From assembly GCA_045863235.1 (NCBI GenBank), contig BTUM01000039.1, positions 1 to 64,000 of the forward strand: a stretch of DNA of 64,000 bases. Reading direction: 5' to 3'. This DNA is from Candidatus Xenobia bacterium (GTDB lineage Bacteria; Vulcanimicrobiota; Xenobia; Xenobiales; QWHO01). Under the pieces are notes generated by a model that made no database searches, had not been told where the DNA came from, and saw only the letters and a list, made by a program, of their open reading frames with translations. Below, piece by piece: positions 37,477-47,057 of this stretch (positions are counted from its first letter, which is position 1; each line of letters begins with the position of its first letter). The position numbers and the translations under genes were made by a program.

Positions 37477-37560
37477 GGCGGGAGCATCGTAGCTCGTCTC
37501 GCCCAGGGAAAGATGAACTTTTGTGCAACCTTTATCCAGGAGGACGGTTTTAGCATCCAG

Positions 37561-38367
37561 GTGAGAGCTGCGGTTCTGGCGATGGTGTTGATCCTGACGT
37601 CGGGTCTGGCCCTGGCCGACAGCCCCGCGTTGGAGCGGGCCTTCGAGCCCGGTGGTTTCTTTCGCCCCTACCCTGGTCGACCCGGACGGTACCGCTCCTT
37701 CGAGAGCTTCACCCGCGGCTATCACATCCGCCCCACCGAGAGCCGTCGCACCATCGTGCTGGTGCCCATCGGAGAGTTGCCCTCCGAACTCGAGCTCGAG
37801 CCCCTGGTGGGCTTCCTGGAGGCGTTCTTCCAGGTGCCGGCTCGGGTTTCCGAGGGCCGCGAGACGGGCCCCTCGGGGCTGATCGGAAAGTGGTCGGCCG
37901 ACGCCATCCAGCGCTCCTTGAGGGCTGACCTGCCTCCGGACGCCCTCTCGGTGCTGGGCCTGACGATGGTCGATCTCTATGCCGAGGACTCCGATCCTCG
38001 GCGACAACTGTTCGGTCAGGGCCACTACTACAACCGCACCGCCGTGGCCAGCCTGAACCGCCTCCATACCCGGCACAGCGAGCTGCTTTATCACCGAGCC
38101 TTCAAGCTGGCTGCCCATGAGCTGACCCACACCTTCGGCCTGCGTCACTGCACCCGCTACCGGTGCCTGATGAATTCCTCCGGCAGCGTGGCCCAGAGCG
38201 ATGCGCGGCCCCTCGAGCTCTGTCCCGAGTGCTTGCGCCGACTCCACCACCTGGTCGGCTTTGATCCCGTGGAACGTTGCCAGGACCTGAATGAGGCTAC
38301 CCGAATCGCCCTGCCGGAGGACAGCGAGTGGTTCCGAGCGCGCCACGGCTTTCTGATCGCCCCCTGA
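37561..38367 (+). CDS. Exported archaemetzincin (M54) metallopeptidase
   Basis: HELTHTFGLRHC....CLM...LCPEC motif; signal peptide. Confidence 0.88.
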   Translation: MRAAVLAMVLILTSGLALADSPALERAFEPGGFFRPYPGRPGRYRSFESFTRGYHIRPTESRRTIVLVPIGELPSELELEPLVGFLEAFFQVPARVSEGRETGPSGLIGKWSADAIQRSLRADLPPDALSVLGLTMVDLYAEDSDPRRQLFGQGHYYNRTAVASLNRLHTRHSELLYHRAFKLAAHELTHTFGLRHCTRYRCLMNSSGSVAQSDARPLELCPECLRRLHHLVGFDPVERCQDLNEATRIALPEDSEWFRARHGFLIAP

Positions 38368-38384
38368 TCGTGTAGAATATTGTC

Positions 38385-39395
38385 GTGAAGAGCTTTTTCA
38401 AACTCTGGCTGGTTGTTCTGGCCCTGCTGCTGCCGGGCCGAGCTCAGGAGTCGCTGCCCGACCCCTCCACCTTCGGTCGCTCGGACAGCCTGGCCATCTT
38501 CGTCGTGCGGGCTCGCTCGGAGGATAGCGGCTTTCGCCAGATGCTGGCCACCGCCGTCAACGGGGCCCAGGCCCAGAAGGGGGCTCCTTCCCTGGCCAGC
38601 TTCCTCTCGTCATTCCTCAGCCTGCGCAGCCAGGAGGAGATGCTGTTGGCGGCCCTGCCCCTGCAGTGGGTGCGGGTGGATTCGGTGGGCCCCGATGGCC
38701 GGCTGCTCTCCAACGTGGCCATCACCCTGGCCGGTTGGCGCGGCTTTCAGACGCTGATCTACAACGCCCTGACCGCCGGGCCCGAGGGGAAGCCTTACGA
38801 GAAGCGCCTGCACCAGGGCGAGGAGATCGTGCTGCGCGATGGCTGGCAAAGTCCGGGGGCGCGCCTGGTGCTGGCAAGGGTGAACGGCACGTTTCTCAAC
38901 TGCTCCACACCCGATCAGGCCCGCTACCAGATCGATCGCCTGTTGGGCAAGGATCAGAGCCCGCTCCAGGGCCCGCTCTGGCACGCGTACTCGCAGCTGG
39001 CTCAGGACAAAGACGCTTTTGGAGTCATCCTCAACCGCAGCGGCTCGCTCTTGAAGGTGCTGGAGTGGGTCAACCGGGCCGATACCCAGCGAGTGCGGGA
39101 GAAGCTTGGCTCGGAGCGGTTCGAGCGAGCCGCCGAGCTGGTCGAGAGCGCGTCCTGGGAGGCCGACGTGGTCTCCGATGATCGCATCGACATCGAGGTG
39201 CGCTTTTCGACCGCCGGCCGGCCCCAGGCCGAGGAGCTGGCGCTGTTGCTGGAGGAGGCCCGCGAGGTTCTGGACCAGGAAGGGCGAATGGGGGATTTCT
39301 ACCTCACGATGACTCCCGAAGGCGTAAAAATAGGCTTTGCGATGGTGGGCTTCCACGACCTGGTCAGCCGCTATCTCGGGACGGTGAGGATCTGA
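38385..39395 (+). CDS. Hypothetical exported protein
   Basis: Signal peptide MKSFFKLWLVVLALLLPGRA; 336 aa. Confidence 0.75.
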   Translation: MKSFFKLWLVVLALLLPGRAQESLPDPSTFGRSDSLAIFVVRARSEDSGFRQMLATAVNGAQAQKGAPSLASFLSSFLSLRSQEEMLLAALPLQWVRVDSVGPDGRLLSNVAITLAGWRGFQTLIYNALTAGPEGKPYEKRLHQGEEIVLRDGWQSPGARLVLARVNGTFLNCSTPDQARYQIDRLLGKDQSPLQGPLWHAYSQLAQDKDAFGVILNRSGSLLKVLEWVNRADTQRVREKLGSERFERAAELVESASWEADVVSDDRIDIEVRFSTAGRPQAEELALLLEEAREVLDQEGRMGDFYLTMTPEGVKIGFAMVGFHDLVSRYLGTVRI

Positions 39396-39517
39396 CGCCG
39401 TGCAAGTCGCCGCCACCTTGACCCGATCTCCTTCCACATCTGCTGGCCCTCCGGATGGTTCCGGGTGAGCGTGACGATCCAGGAGGAGTGAATTTTATTC
39501 AAGGCGAACCACCCTTC

Positions 39518-40984
39518 ATGCCCTGCACCCTCTCGGCCGTCCAATCTGTCCTTCCCCAGGCCTACCTGCACGGCGGGGGTGGCGCCGAGTTCAGCGGCCT
39601 GACCGCCTCCTCGCGCGAGGCCAACCCCGGATCGCTCTTCGTCTGCCTGCCCGGAGCCCGGACTGACGGCCACCAATTCGCGCCCGACGCGGTGGCTCGC
39701 GGAGCTGTCGGGCTGGTCGTAGAGCGGGTCCTCCCCGAGCTGCACGTGCCCCAGCTGGTGGTGCCCAGCTCGCAGCTGGCTCTGGCCCACCTGGCCGCGC
39801 TCTTCACCGGTCGCCCCACCGACCGTTTGACCACGGTCGGGATTACCGGCACCAACGGCAAGTCTACGACCACCTTCCTGGCCGAGGCGGTGCTGCGGGC
39901 GGGGGGCTACGACCCGGGGCTGATCGGCACCATCGAGGCCCGGGTCGGGAGCGAGCGGCGCACGCTGCCCAACACCACACCGGACAGTCTGACTCTGTAC
40001 CGGCTCTTCTCCGAGATGGTGGCCGCCGGACAGGACGCCGTGGTCATGGAGGTCAGCTCCATCGGCCTGGAGGCCGGGCGGGTGCACCAGATTCCTTTCG
40101 ATGTAGCTGTTTTTACGAACCTGACTCAAGACCATCTCGACTACCACAAGACCATGAAGGCATACCAGGAAGCCAAACGGCGCCTCTTCACCGAGCACCA
40201 GGTGGCGGGTCGGCGCCATGAGCCGGCCGCCGTGGTGAACCTGGACGATCCGGCCGGAGCCTCGATGCTGGAAGGCTTTCGGGGCCAGAAGCTGACCTAC
40301 GGACGCAGCTCCGAGGCCATGCTGCGGGCCAGCGACATCGAGCCGCGCGAGGCCGGAGTCTTCTTTCGCTTCACCGACCCGGCTGGGGCGACCCATCCAG
40401 TGCAGTTGGGGCTGGGAGGTCTTTTCAACGTGGCCAACGCTCTGGCCGCTCTGGGTATCGCCTGGGCGCTTGGCATCGAGCCCGGAAGGGCCGTGGCTGC
40501 GCTGGAGTCGGTGGACAGCGTGCCGGGCCGCTTTCAGGAGATCCGTCAGGGTCAGGACTTTCGGGTGGTGGTGGATTACGCTCACACCCCGGACGGACTC
40601 AAGAACCTGCTCGAGTCGGCTCGCCGGGTGAGCGCCGGGCGAGTGCTGGTGGTCTTCGGCTGCGGGGGCGACCGCGACCGCGGGAAGCGCCCCCAGATGG
40701 GAAAGTTGGCCGGAGATCTGGCCGACGTGGTGATCGTGACCAGCGACAACCCGCGCTCGGAGGATCCGCTGGCCATCTTGACTGACATCGAAGGCGGGCT
40801 GGTGGGCAAGAGCTACACCCTGGAGCCTGATCGAGCCCGGGCCATCGCCCTGGCCATCGACCAGGCTCGATCAGGCGACGTGGTGGTCATCGCTGGCAAG
40901 GGCCACGAGAACTACCAGATCGTGGGCAGCCAGGTGCTCGCCTTCGACGACGCCGAGGTGGCTCGCGAGGCGTTGCGTCGATGA
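39518..40984 (+). CDS. murE: UDP-MurNAc-tripeptide synthetase (meso-DAP adding)
   Basis: TGTNGKSTT, MEVSS, DHLDYH, DYAHTPD, SDNPR and AGKGHE motifs; start approximate. Confidence 0.96.
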   Translation: MPCTLSAVQSVLPQAYLHGGGGAEFSGLTASSREANPGSLFVCLPGARTDGHQFAPDAVARGAVGLVVERVLPELHVPQLVVPSSQLALAHLAALFTGRPTDRLTTVGITGTNGKSTTTFLAEAVLRAGGYDPGLIGTIEARVGSERRTLPNTTPDSLTLYRLFSEMVAAGQDAVVMEVSSIGLEAGRVHQIPFDVAVFTNLTQDHLDYHKTMKAYQEAKRRLFTEHQVAGRRHEPAAVVNLDDPAGASMLEGFRGQKLTYGRSSEAMLRASDIEPREAGVFFRFTDPAGATHPVQLGLGGLFNVANALAALGIAWALGIEPGRAVAALESVDSVPGRFQEIRQGQDFRVVVDYAHTPDGLKNLLESARRVSAGRVLVVFGCGGDRDRGKRPQMGKLAGDLADVVIVTSDNPRSEDPLAILTDIEGGLVGKSYTLEPDRARAIALAIDQARSGDVVVIAGKGHENYQIVGSQVLAFDDAEVAREALRR

Positions 40985-42354
40985 GCCTCTGGTCGCTCGA
41001 CCAGGTCGCGCGAGCTACCGGCGGCACGCTGACACCTTTTTCGGGACTGGAGCTGACGGGTATCTCCACCGATACTCGAAGCCTGGTGCCTGGCAACCTG
41101 TTCGTGCCCCTGGTTGGACCCGACTATGACGGCCACGACTTCGTGGAGAAGGCCTTCGAGGCCGGTGCCGCGGCCACGCTGTGGGCCCGTCCCGGCGAGC
41201 CGGGTCGGCGCCCCGCCGTGCAGGTCGCGGATACCCTGGCCGCGTACCAGGATCTGGCCCGCTTTCACCGACGCCGTCTGGCCATCCCCGTGGTGGCCGT
41301 GACGGGGTCGGCCGGCAAGACCACCACCAAGGAGCTGTGTGCCGCCGTGCTGGGCTCGCGCTTTGAGGTGCACAAGACCGCTAAGAACTACAACAACGAG
41401 GTGGGCGTGCCTCGGACTTTGCTCGAGCTGGAGCCTTCCCATCAGGTGGCGGTGGTGGAGATGGCCATGCGCGGGGCCGGCCAGATTCGCCAGTTGGCCC
41501 GCCTGGCCGATACCCGGGTGGCCTTGATCAGCAGCATCGGGGAGGCTCATATCGAGCTTCTCGGCTCGCGCGAGGCCATCTGCGACGCCAAGGGCGAGCT
41601 GCTCGAGGAGCTCGGGCCGGGGGCGACGGCCGTGCTGCCGGCCGAGTGCGAGTTCTTCGAGCGGCTCAAGAGCCGCACCCGATGCGAGGTGCTGAGCTTC
41701 GCGGTGGAGGGTCCGGCCGACGTGCGGGCAGTGCAGCTGGAGTCACGCGGGGTGCTGGGCTGGCGGTTGGAGGTCGATTGCCTGGGGCGGCGTTCGGAGC
41801 TGGAGTTCCCCGCCCCCGGCCGGCACAACTTGAGCAACCTGATGGGTGTTCTGGCCGTGGCGGCGATTTTCGGGGTGACTCCCGAGGAGGCGGCCCCGGC
41901 TATTGCCGCTTTCCGGGGCGCCGAGCTGCGCATGGAGGTGCGCCAGTTGGAGGCCGGGGTGGTGCTGCTCAACGACAGCTATAACGCCTCCCCCGCCGCC
42001 ATGGAGGGGGCTCTGGAGGTGCTGGGCTCGGCGACCGGTCGGCGTCTGGCCGTGCTGGGCGATATGCTCGAGCTGGGCTCTTTTGCCCCCGAGTTGCACC
42101 GCCGCGTGGGCGAGGCGGCTCGACGCCAGAAACTGGACGTGCTGGTGGCGGTGGGGGAGGAGAGCCGGGCCCTGGCCGAGGCCGCCCGGGGCGGCTCAGG
42201 CGAAGTGCACTGGGCCCCCGACCGCGAGCAGGCCTGGGAGCTGTTGCGCCCTCGCCTCTCGCCGGGCGACACGGTGCTGGTCAAAGCCTCCCGCGGCATG
42301 GGGCTGGACTGGGTGGCCCAGCGCCTGCAGGAGGTTCCTCTTCCGCTCAGCTAA
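40981..42354 (+). CDS. murF: UDP-MurNAc-pentapeptide synthetase
   Basis: TGSAGKTTTK, NYNNEVG, NDSYNASP, GDMLELG and KASRG motifs. Confidence 0.96.
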   Translation: MSLWSLDQVARATGGTLTPFSGLELTGISTDTRSLVPGNLFVPLVGPDYDGHDFVEKAFEAGAAATLWARPGEPGRRPAVQVADTLAAYQDLARFHRRRLAIPVVAVTGSAGKTTTKELCAAVLGSRFEVHKTAKNYNNEVGVPRTLLELEPSHQVAVVEMAMRGAGQIRQLARLADTRVALISSIGEAHIELLGSREAICDAKGELLEELGPGATAVLPAECEFFERLKSRTRCEVLSFAVEGPADVRAVQLESRGVLGWRLEVDCLGRRSELEFPAPGRHNLSNLMGVLAVAAIFGVTPEEAAPAIAAFRGAELRMEVRQLEAGVVLLNDSYNASPAAMEGALEVLGSATGRRLAVLGDMLELGSFAPELHRRVGEAARRQKLDVLVAVGEESRALAEAARGGSGEVHWAPDREQAWELLRPRLSPGDTVLVKASRGMGLDWVAQRLQEVPLPLS

Positions 42355-42360
42355 GGCCGG

Positions 42361-43137
42361 TTACAGGGTGGAGTTACGCTTCTGAAGGGTGCTCAGATAC
42401 TTCTTCAGAGCTTTGTGGACTGTGGGCTCGAGGCTGGCAAAGCGCGTGCGGATGACGAACAGGTCCTCCTTCTCCCGGTCCTCGCGACAGATGACCACGC
42501 TGCCCGGCACTTCGATGGCGGCCAGGCTTTCCAGGGGACCGATCTTCAAGATCACTTCGATGCCGGATGCGCAGTGACCGTTGAGCTGGGCCTTGGCCCC
42601 CCCGCCCGAGAGGTCGATCAGCCGACCCGAGCCGATGCGGGATCCGTCCTTGGTGGCGGTGATCTCCACCGGCAGCCCGGAGCCCAGGCGAATGAAGCGT
42701 CGGCGCTCGGCCGCCTTGGCCTTCTCGTGGTAGCCCAGTTTCTCCAGGTAGGGCCCCACCCAGGTCGACTTGAGGTTCTCGGGCCGGCAGGCAAAGTGCA
42801 CGCCCAGGTAGACCCGCCCGGTTTCGCCGATGCGCCGCCGCCACATCACCTCGGCAGGGATGGGCGGGCCCAGCGAGCCGGTCTTCTTGTCGGCGATGGT
42901 GATGACCAGCTTGGAGGACTTCTTGACCTTCTCGCGCTCGGAGGCTTCCAATCGCATACCGGTGCTGCCGATGTCGGTGGAGAGTGCGTGGAAGGCAGCT
43001 CCCTCGGCTTTGCACTGCACGTTGATATGGCAGGGCAGGCGATAGGAGGTGCGCTTCTCCTCCATGCTCATCGCGTCATCCTTGTTGCCGCCCAGCAGCG
43101 ACTTGAGGCTTTCAAACAGGTTTTCGAACAGGGTCAT
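42361..43137 (-). CDS. Tandem PilZ-domain protein
   Basis: RTSYR...DIGSTG and RRFIR...DLSGGG motifs. Confidence 0.85.
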   Translation of the reverse strand: MTLFENLFESLKSLLGGNKDDAMSMEEKRTSYRLPCHINVQCKAEGAAFHALSTDIGSTGMRLEASEREKVKKSSKLVITIADKKTGSLGPPIPAEVMWRRRIGETGRVYLGVHFACRPENLKSTWVGPYLEKLGYHEKAKAAERRRFIRLGSGLPVEITATKDGSRIGSGRLIDLSGGGAKAQLNGHCASGIEVILKIGPLESLAAIEVPGSVVICREDREKEDLFVIRTRFASLEPTVHKALKKYLSTLQKRNSTL

Positions 43138-43502
43138 TCTCCCAGTATCTCCTTGACGCGCGTGATCACTTTGCGAGGCGAGAACGGCTTGGTGATGTAC
43201 TCGTTGGCCCCGCTTTCGAGGCTGTTGAGGCGGTCGGCTTCCTGGCCCTTGGCGGTGATCATCACGATGTAGACGTCCTTGCGTTCGGGGTGGTCGCGCA
43301 GCTGGCGACAGACCGAGTTGCCGTCCATTCGCGGCATCTGGATGTCGAGCAGCAAAAGGTCGGGTCGATCGGCCAGCGCCTTCTCCAGGGCCTCCTGGCC
43401 ATCCACGGCCGTCAGCACACGGTAGCCCTCTTTCTTGAGGATGAACTCCAAAGAGCGCAGCACGAAGGGCTCGTCGTCGGCTACCAGGATGGTCTTGCCC
43501 AT
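43134..43502 (-). CDS. Single-domain response regulator
   Basis: VADDE, LLDIQMP, ITA and KPF motifs. Confidence 0.95.
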   Translation of the reverse strand: MGKTILVADDEPFVLRSLEFILKKEGYRVLTAVDGQEALEKALADRPDLLLLDIQMPRMDGNSVCRQLRDHPERKDVYIVMITAKGQEADRLNSLESGANEYITKPFSPRKVITRVKEILGE

Positions 43503-43508
43503 AGGTCC

Positions 43509-46007
43509 TCAGCTTTCGGTGGCCGACTCATCTCCCCCTGGCGAGAGAGCGGTTTCGGTCAGGAGATTGCGCACCAGGCTGGCCAACTCCCCCTCCGAGA
43601 AGGGCTTGGTCAGGATGGTGTTGGCCCCCATTCCCAGGGCCACGGTGCGGTCGTCTCGGGGAGCGGCCGTGAGCACCACGATGGGAATGTTGGCCGTCTC
43701 GGGGTTGTGCTTGAGCTCGCGCATCACGTCATGGCCCGAAACGCCTGGCATCTTGAGATCCAGCAGGATCAGGTCGGGGGGGTGCTCGCGCACCGACTGC
43801 AGGGCCTCCTCGCCGTTCTGGGCGGTGCGCACCCGGTAGCCCCGGTTGAGGAAGATGGTGTTCAGGGCCAGCAGGATGTCGGGGTCGTCATCCACCAGCA
43901 GGATCTCGTTCTCCTGGCGGTTGGACCAGGCCATCAGGCGGATGATGCGCTCGAGAAGCTTGTCCTTGTCGACCGGTTTGGCCAGGAAGTCGGCCGCGCC
44001 CAGGCGGAACAGTTTGGCTTCGTCCTCCACGATGGAGATGATCATGACCGGGATGTCCCGGGTGGCAGGCTCTTGCTTGAGCCGGGTGAGCACTTCCATC
44101 CCGTTGACGTCGGGCAGCATGACGTCCAGGCAGATCAGGTCAGGCTTGTCTTGCCTGGCCAGGGTGATGGCCTCGTCGCCGGTGCGCGCCTCGAGCACCT
44201 GATAGCCCTCCAGCTCGAGCACGTGACGCAGGAACCGGCGGATGTTGACCTCGTCGTCCACGACCAGCACCCGGCGGCCCAGTCCCCAGTCGGCCAGGCG
44301 GTGGCGGGGCAGGGTCAGCACCGGCAGGGGAGCGTCGTCCTCCAGCGGCAAGCGCACGATGAAGCGGCTCCCCCTTCCCAGCTGGCTGTCCACCGTCAGC
44401 GTGCCCTGATGGGCTTCCACGATGCTGCGCGCGATGGGCAGGCCCAGGCCAGTCCCTTTGATCTCGCGCGTCTCGGAGCTGTCCACCTGGCCGAACTTCT
44501 CGAAAATGCGCTGGTGGTGCTCGGGAGCGATGCCGATGCCGCTATCCTCGACCACCACCTCGACCTGGTTGGAGGGGGTGCGGCTGGCCAGCAGGCGCAC
44601 CCGGCCTCCCGGCGGGGTGAACTTGATGGCGTTGCCGATCAGGTTGGTCAGCACCTGGATCAGCTTGTCCCGGTCGCCGGTCATGGGCAGCTTGGTCTCG
44701 GCCAGCACCTCGAACACCAGCCCCTTCTTGTCGGCCGCCCCCCGCAGCGAGTTGGCGGCGGCGTTGATGACCTCATAGATGTCCACCGGCTCCATGTCCC
44801 ACTGCATGCGACCAGCCTCGATGCGTGAGAGGTCGAGCAGATTGTTGATCAAGCGGGTGAGCCGATCCGACTCCTTGTTGATGATCTCCAGGAACTCCAT
44901 CTGGGTGTCGATGTCTTCGCCCCGGTTGTCGAGCAGGATCTCGGCAAAGGCCTTGATGGAGGTGAGGGGCGTGCGCAGCTCGTGGCTGACGGTGTTGAGG
45001 AACTCGGACTTGAGCTTGTCGAGCTCCTTGAGCTTCTCATTGACCCTCTGCAGCTCCTGGCGCGAGACCTCGAGATCGCGCCGCATCGAGCGCTCTTCCT
45101 CGAGTAGGATGCGCAGGTGTCGCACCGTCTCGTTGACCCCCATGGCCAGCTGGCCCATCTCATCGTCTTCGCCCACCGGGGCCTGACCGGTGAGATCCCC
45201 CTCCATGACGCGCTCGGTGAAGTCGAGCAGTGTCTTGACGCGATACTGGAGCCTCTCGCGGGCCGCCTTCTCGAGCTGGATGCGGTCCTGCAGCTGCTCG
45301 GCCATCAGGTTGAGCGAGCGGCCCAGCAGGCCGACCTCGTCGCGCCGACGCGAGGAGGCACGGGCGGTCAGCTTGCCCCGGGCCAGATCGCGAGCCACCA
45401 GCGCCAGGCGCAACAAAGGCTCGGTGAAGCGGCGGGTGATCACGCCCATGAAAAGCACCGAGCCGGAGAGTAGGAGCAGGGTCAGCCCCGAGAGGTAGCG
45501 CCGGGAGCGGTCCAGGGCCCGGTTCAGGCTGTCCAGGCGCAGGCCTACCCGCACCGTGCCTTGACGCCGATCCACCATCACGGGCGCCGAGGCGTCCAAC
45601 ACCGGCAGCCCTCGGTACACGGTGAACTGCACTCGCTGGCCCTCAGCCGCAACCGCCGAGCGGGTATCCGGGTCCATCTCTCGCTTGCCCCGCTCGGAAG
45701 GCTCGGAATGAGCGATCACTTCGCCATCCTTGCCCAGGATCATCACGTAGGCCACGTCCTCGAGCCGCATGAACTGCTCGACATCCTTCTCCAGCTGGAA
45801 AAAGCTGAAGGTGCGCATCTGCTCGCCTGCCAGAAAGGCCAGCGCATCGGCCAGCGACAGAGCCCGCTTCTCGGTCTCGTGGCGCAGGATGTCCTCTTCG
45901 TGACGAACGATGATCACGAAGTTGAACACCATGAACACCAGCAGCAACGGCACGATGGCCAGCACCAGCTGACTGCGCAGGGTTTTGTAGGTGCCGGGCC
46001 GAGCCAT
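43509..46007 (-). CDS. Hybrid sensor histidine kinase (TM sensor, two HAMP, HisKA, HATPase, two REC)
   Basis: SHELRTPL, NAIKF, DSGIGI and GTGLGL motifs; two receiver domains. Confidence 0.96.
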   Translation of the reverse strand: MARPGTYKTLRSQLVLAIVPLLLVFMVFNFVIIVRHEEDILRHETEKRALSLADALAFLAGEQMRTFSFFQLEKDVEQFMRLEDVAYVMILGKDGEVIAHSEPSERGKREMDPDTRSAVAAEGQRVQFTVYRGLPVLDASAPVMVDRRQGTVRVGLRLDSLNRALDRSRRYLSGLTLLLLSGSVLFMGVITRRFTEPLLRLALVARDLARGKLTARASSRRRDEVGLLGRSLNLMAEQLQDRIQLEKAARERLQYRVKTLLDFTERVMEGDLTGQAPVGEDDEMGQLAMGVNETVRHLRILLEEERSMRRDLEVSRQELQRVNEKLKELDKLKSEFLNTVSHELRTPLTSIKAFAEILLDNRGEDIDTQMEFLEIINKESDRLTRLINNLLDLSRIEAGRMQWDMEPVDIYEVINAAANSLRGAADKKGLVFEVLAETKLPMTGDRDKLIQVLTNLIGNAIKFTPPGGRVRLLASRTPSNQVEVVVEDSGIGIAPEHHQRIFEKFGQVDSSETREIKGTGLGLPIARSIVEAHQGTLTVDSQLGRGSRFIVRLPLEDDAPLPVLTLPRHRLADWGLGRRVLVVDDEVNIRRFLRHVLELEGYQVLEARTGDEAITLARQDKPDLICLDVMLPDVNGMEVLTRLKQEPATRDIPVMIISIVEDEAKLFRLGAADFLAKPVDKDKLLERIIRLMAWSNRQENEILLVDDDPDILLALNTIFLNRGYRVRTAQNGEEALQSVREHPPDLILLDLKMPGVSGHDVMRELKHNPETANIPIVVLTAAPRDDRTVALGMGANTILTKPFSEGELASLVRNLLTETALSPGGDESATES

Positions 46008-46238
46008 GAAGGCGGCTATTCTTCCTTGTCAGCGGGCTTCCTCGGACACAGCGACGCGGCGGCGAGTTCGTGAATATCCTTCCAGGGTTGTGAGCGACTC
46101 TCAGGGGCGTGCTCGCCTCGAAATGTTGAGCCGAGGTGGGACAACTTCTCCCTCGAGTGCTATACTCGAATCAGACATGCGCACGTGCAAAGCCGGGCCA
46201 CGCGGGTATGCTCCGCGGCCCTGGAAGAGCGTCCGGCC

Positions 46239-47057
46239 GTGAGAAGGGTCGGGCTGGTCAGCAAGGAGCTGAAGCCACGCAAAGAGGCGAGCGCGCCGGT
46301 TGCGCAAAAGCCGGTCAAGCCGCTTCTGGGCCAGTCAGCGACTGCCCGCTCGGGCATGGTTTCCAAGCTCACTGTCACCCTTCCTGACGCCAAGACCAAA
46401 AAAGAGCAAGTGGTCGTCGCCACGCTGACCCTGCGTCAGGTGGCCACGCGGCTGAGGATTCCTGTCAACGACGTCAAGGACATGTTGCGCCAGGGCGTCC
46501 TGCGCGGCGGGCTGTCGGGAGTGCCTGTGCCCGAGCTCGAGAACTACATTCGCATCCACCGGCCCCACTTGCTGCGAGTGGTTGAGACTCCCACCGTCGA
46601 GGAGACCCACTTCCCCACCTTCCGCAAGCTGCGACGCGGGTTGATGTGGCGGATCGACCTCTGGAGCCGAGCCGTCCTGGGGTTTTTGACCCCGCGCAAG
46701 AAGCCCGTGCTGACTGTGACCCTGCCCACGCCCGCGCCGCCCGAGCCCGAGGGTCCGCCCGATGAAGCCGCCATCCTCCAGGCTTTGCAGGCCACTGACG
46801 TGAAGCGTCTCAAGGCGTTGCTCGACGAGCATGGGGATCTGGTGCTGCGGACCACCGACGCAGAGCAGAATACCTCGCTCCACCTGGCGGTGATGGCCGG
46901 GGGCTACGAGCGCACCTATCTGCTCGTCAACGCAGGGGCCGAGCTGAACGCCCGCAACGCCAACGGGACTACTCCGCTGGGGCTGGTGCTGCAGGCACGT
47001 CGGGGAGGCTGGCGTCAGGTGGCGAGCCTGCTTCAGGAGCGGGGCGCAATCGAGTGA
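46239..47057 (+). CDS. Protein with an excisionase-like HTH and C-terminal ankyrin repeats
   Basis: LTLRQVATRLRI....V..MLRQG HTH; NTSLHLAV and GAELNARNANGTTPL ankyrin motifs; start uncertain. Confidence 0.75.
   Translation: MRRVGLVSKELKPRKEASAPVAQKPVKPLLGQSATARSGMVSKLTVTLPDAKTKKEQVVVATLTLRQVATRLRIPVNDVKDMLRQGVLRGGLSGVPVPELENYIRIHRPHLLRVVETPTVEETHFPTFRKLRRGLMWRIDLWSRAVLGFLTPRKKPVLTVTLPTPAPPEPEGPPDEAAILQALQATDVKRLKALLDEHGDLVLRTTDAEQNTSLHLAVMAGGYERTYLLVNAGAELNARNANGTTPLGLVLQARRGGWRQVASLLQERGAIE

Noticed and set aside
37477..38346. Apparent 844-aa S8 protease and 521-aa archaemetzincin ORFs
   Set aside because: The extensions are each other's antisense; the real starts are about 37476 (-) and 37561 (+).
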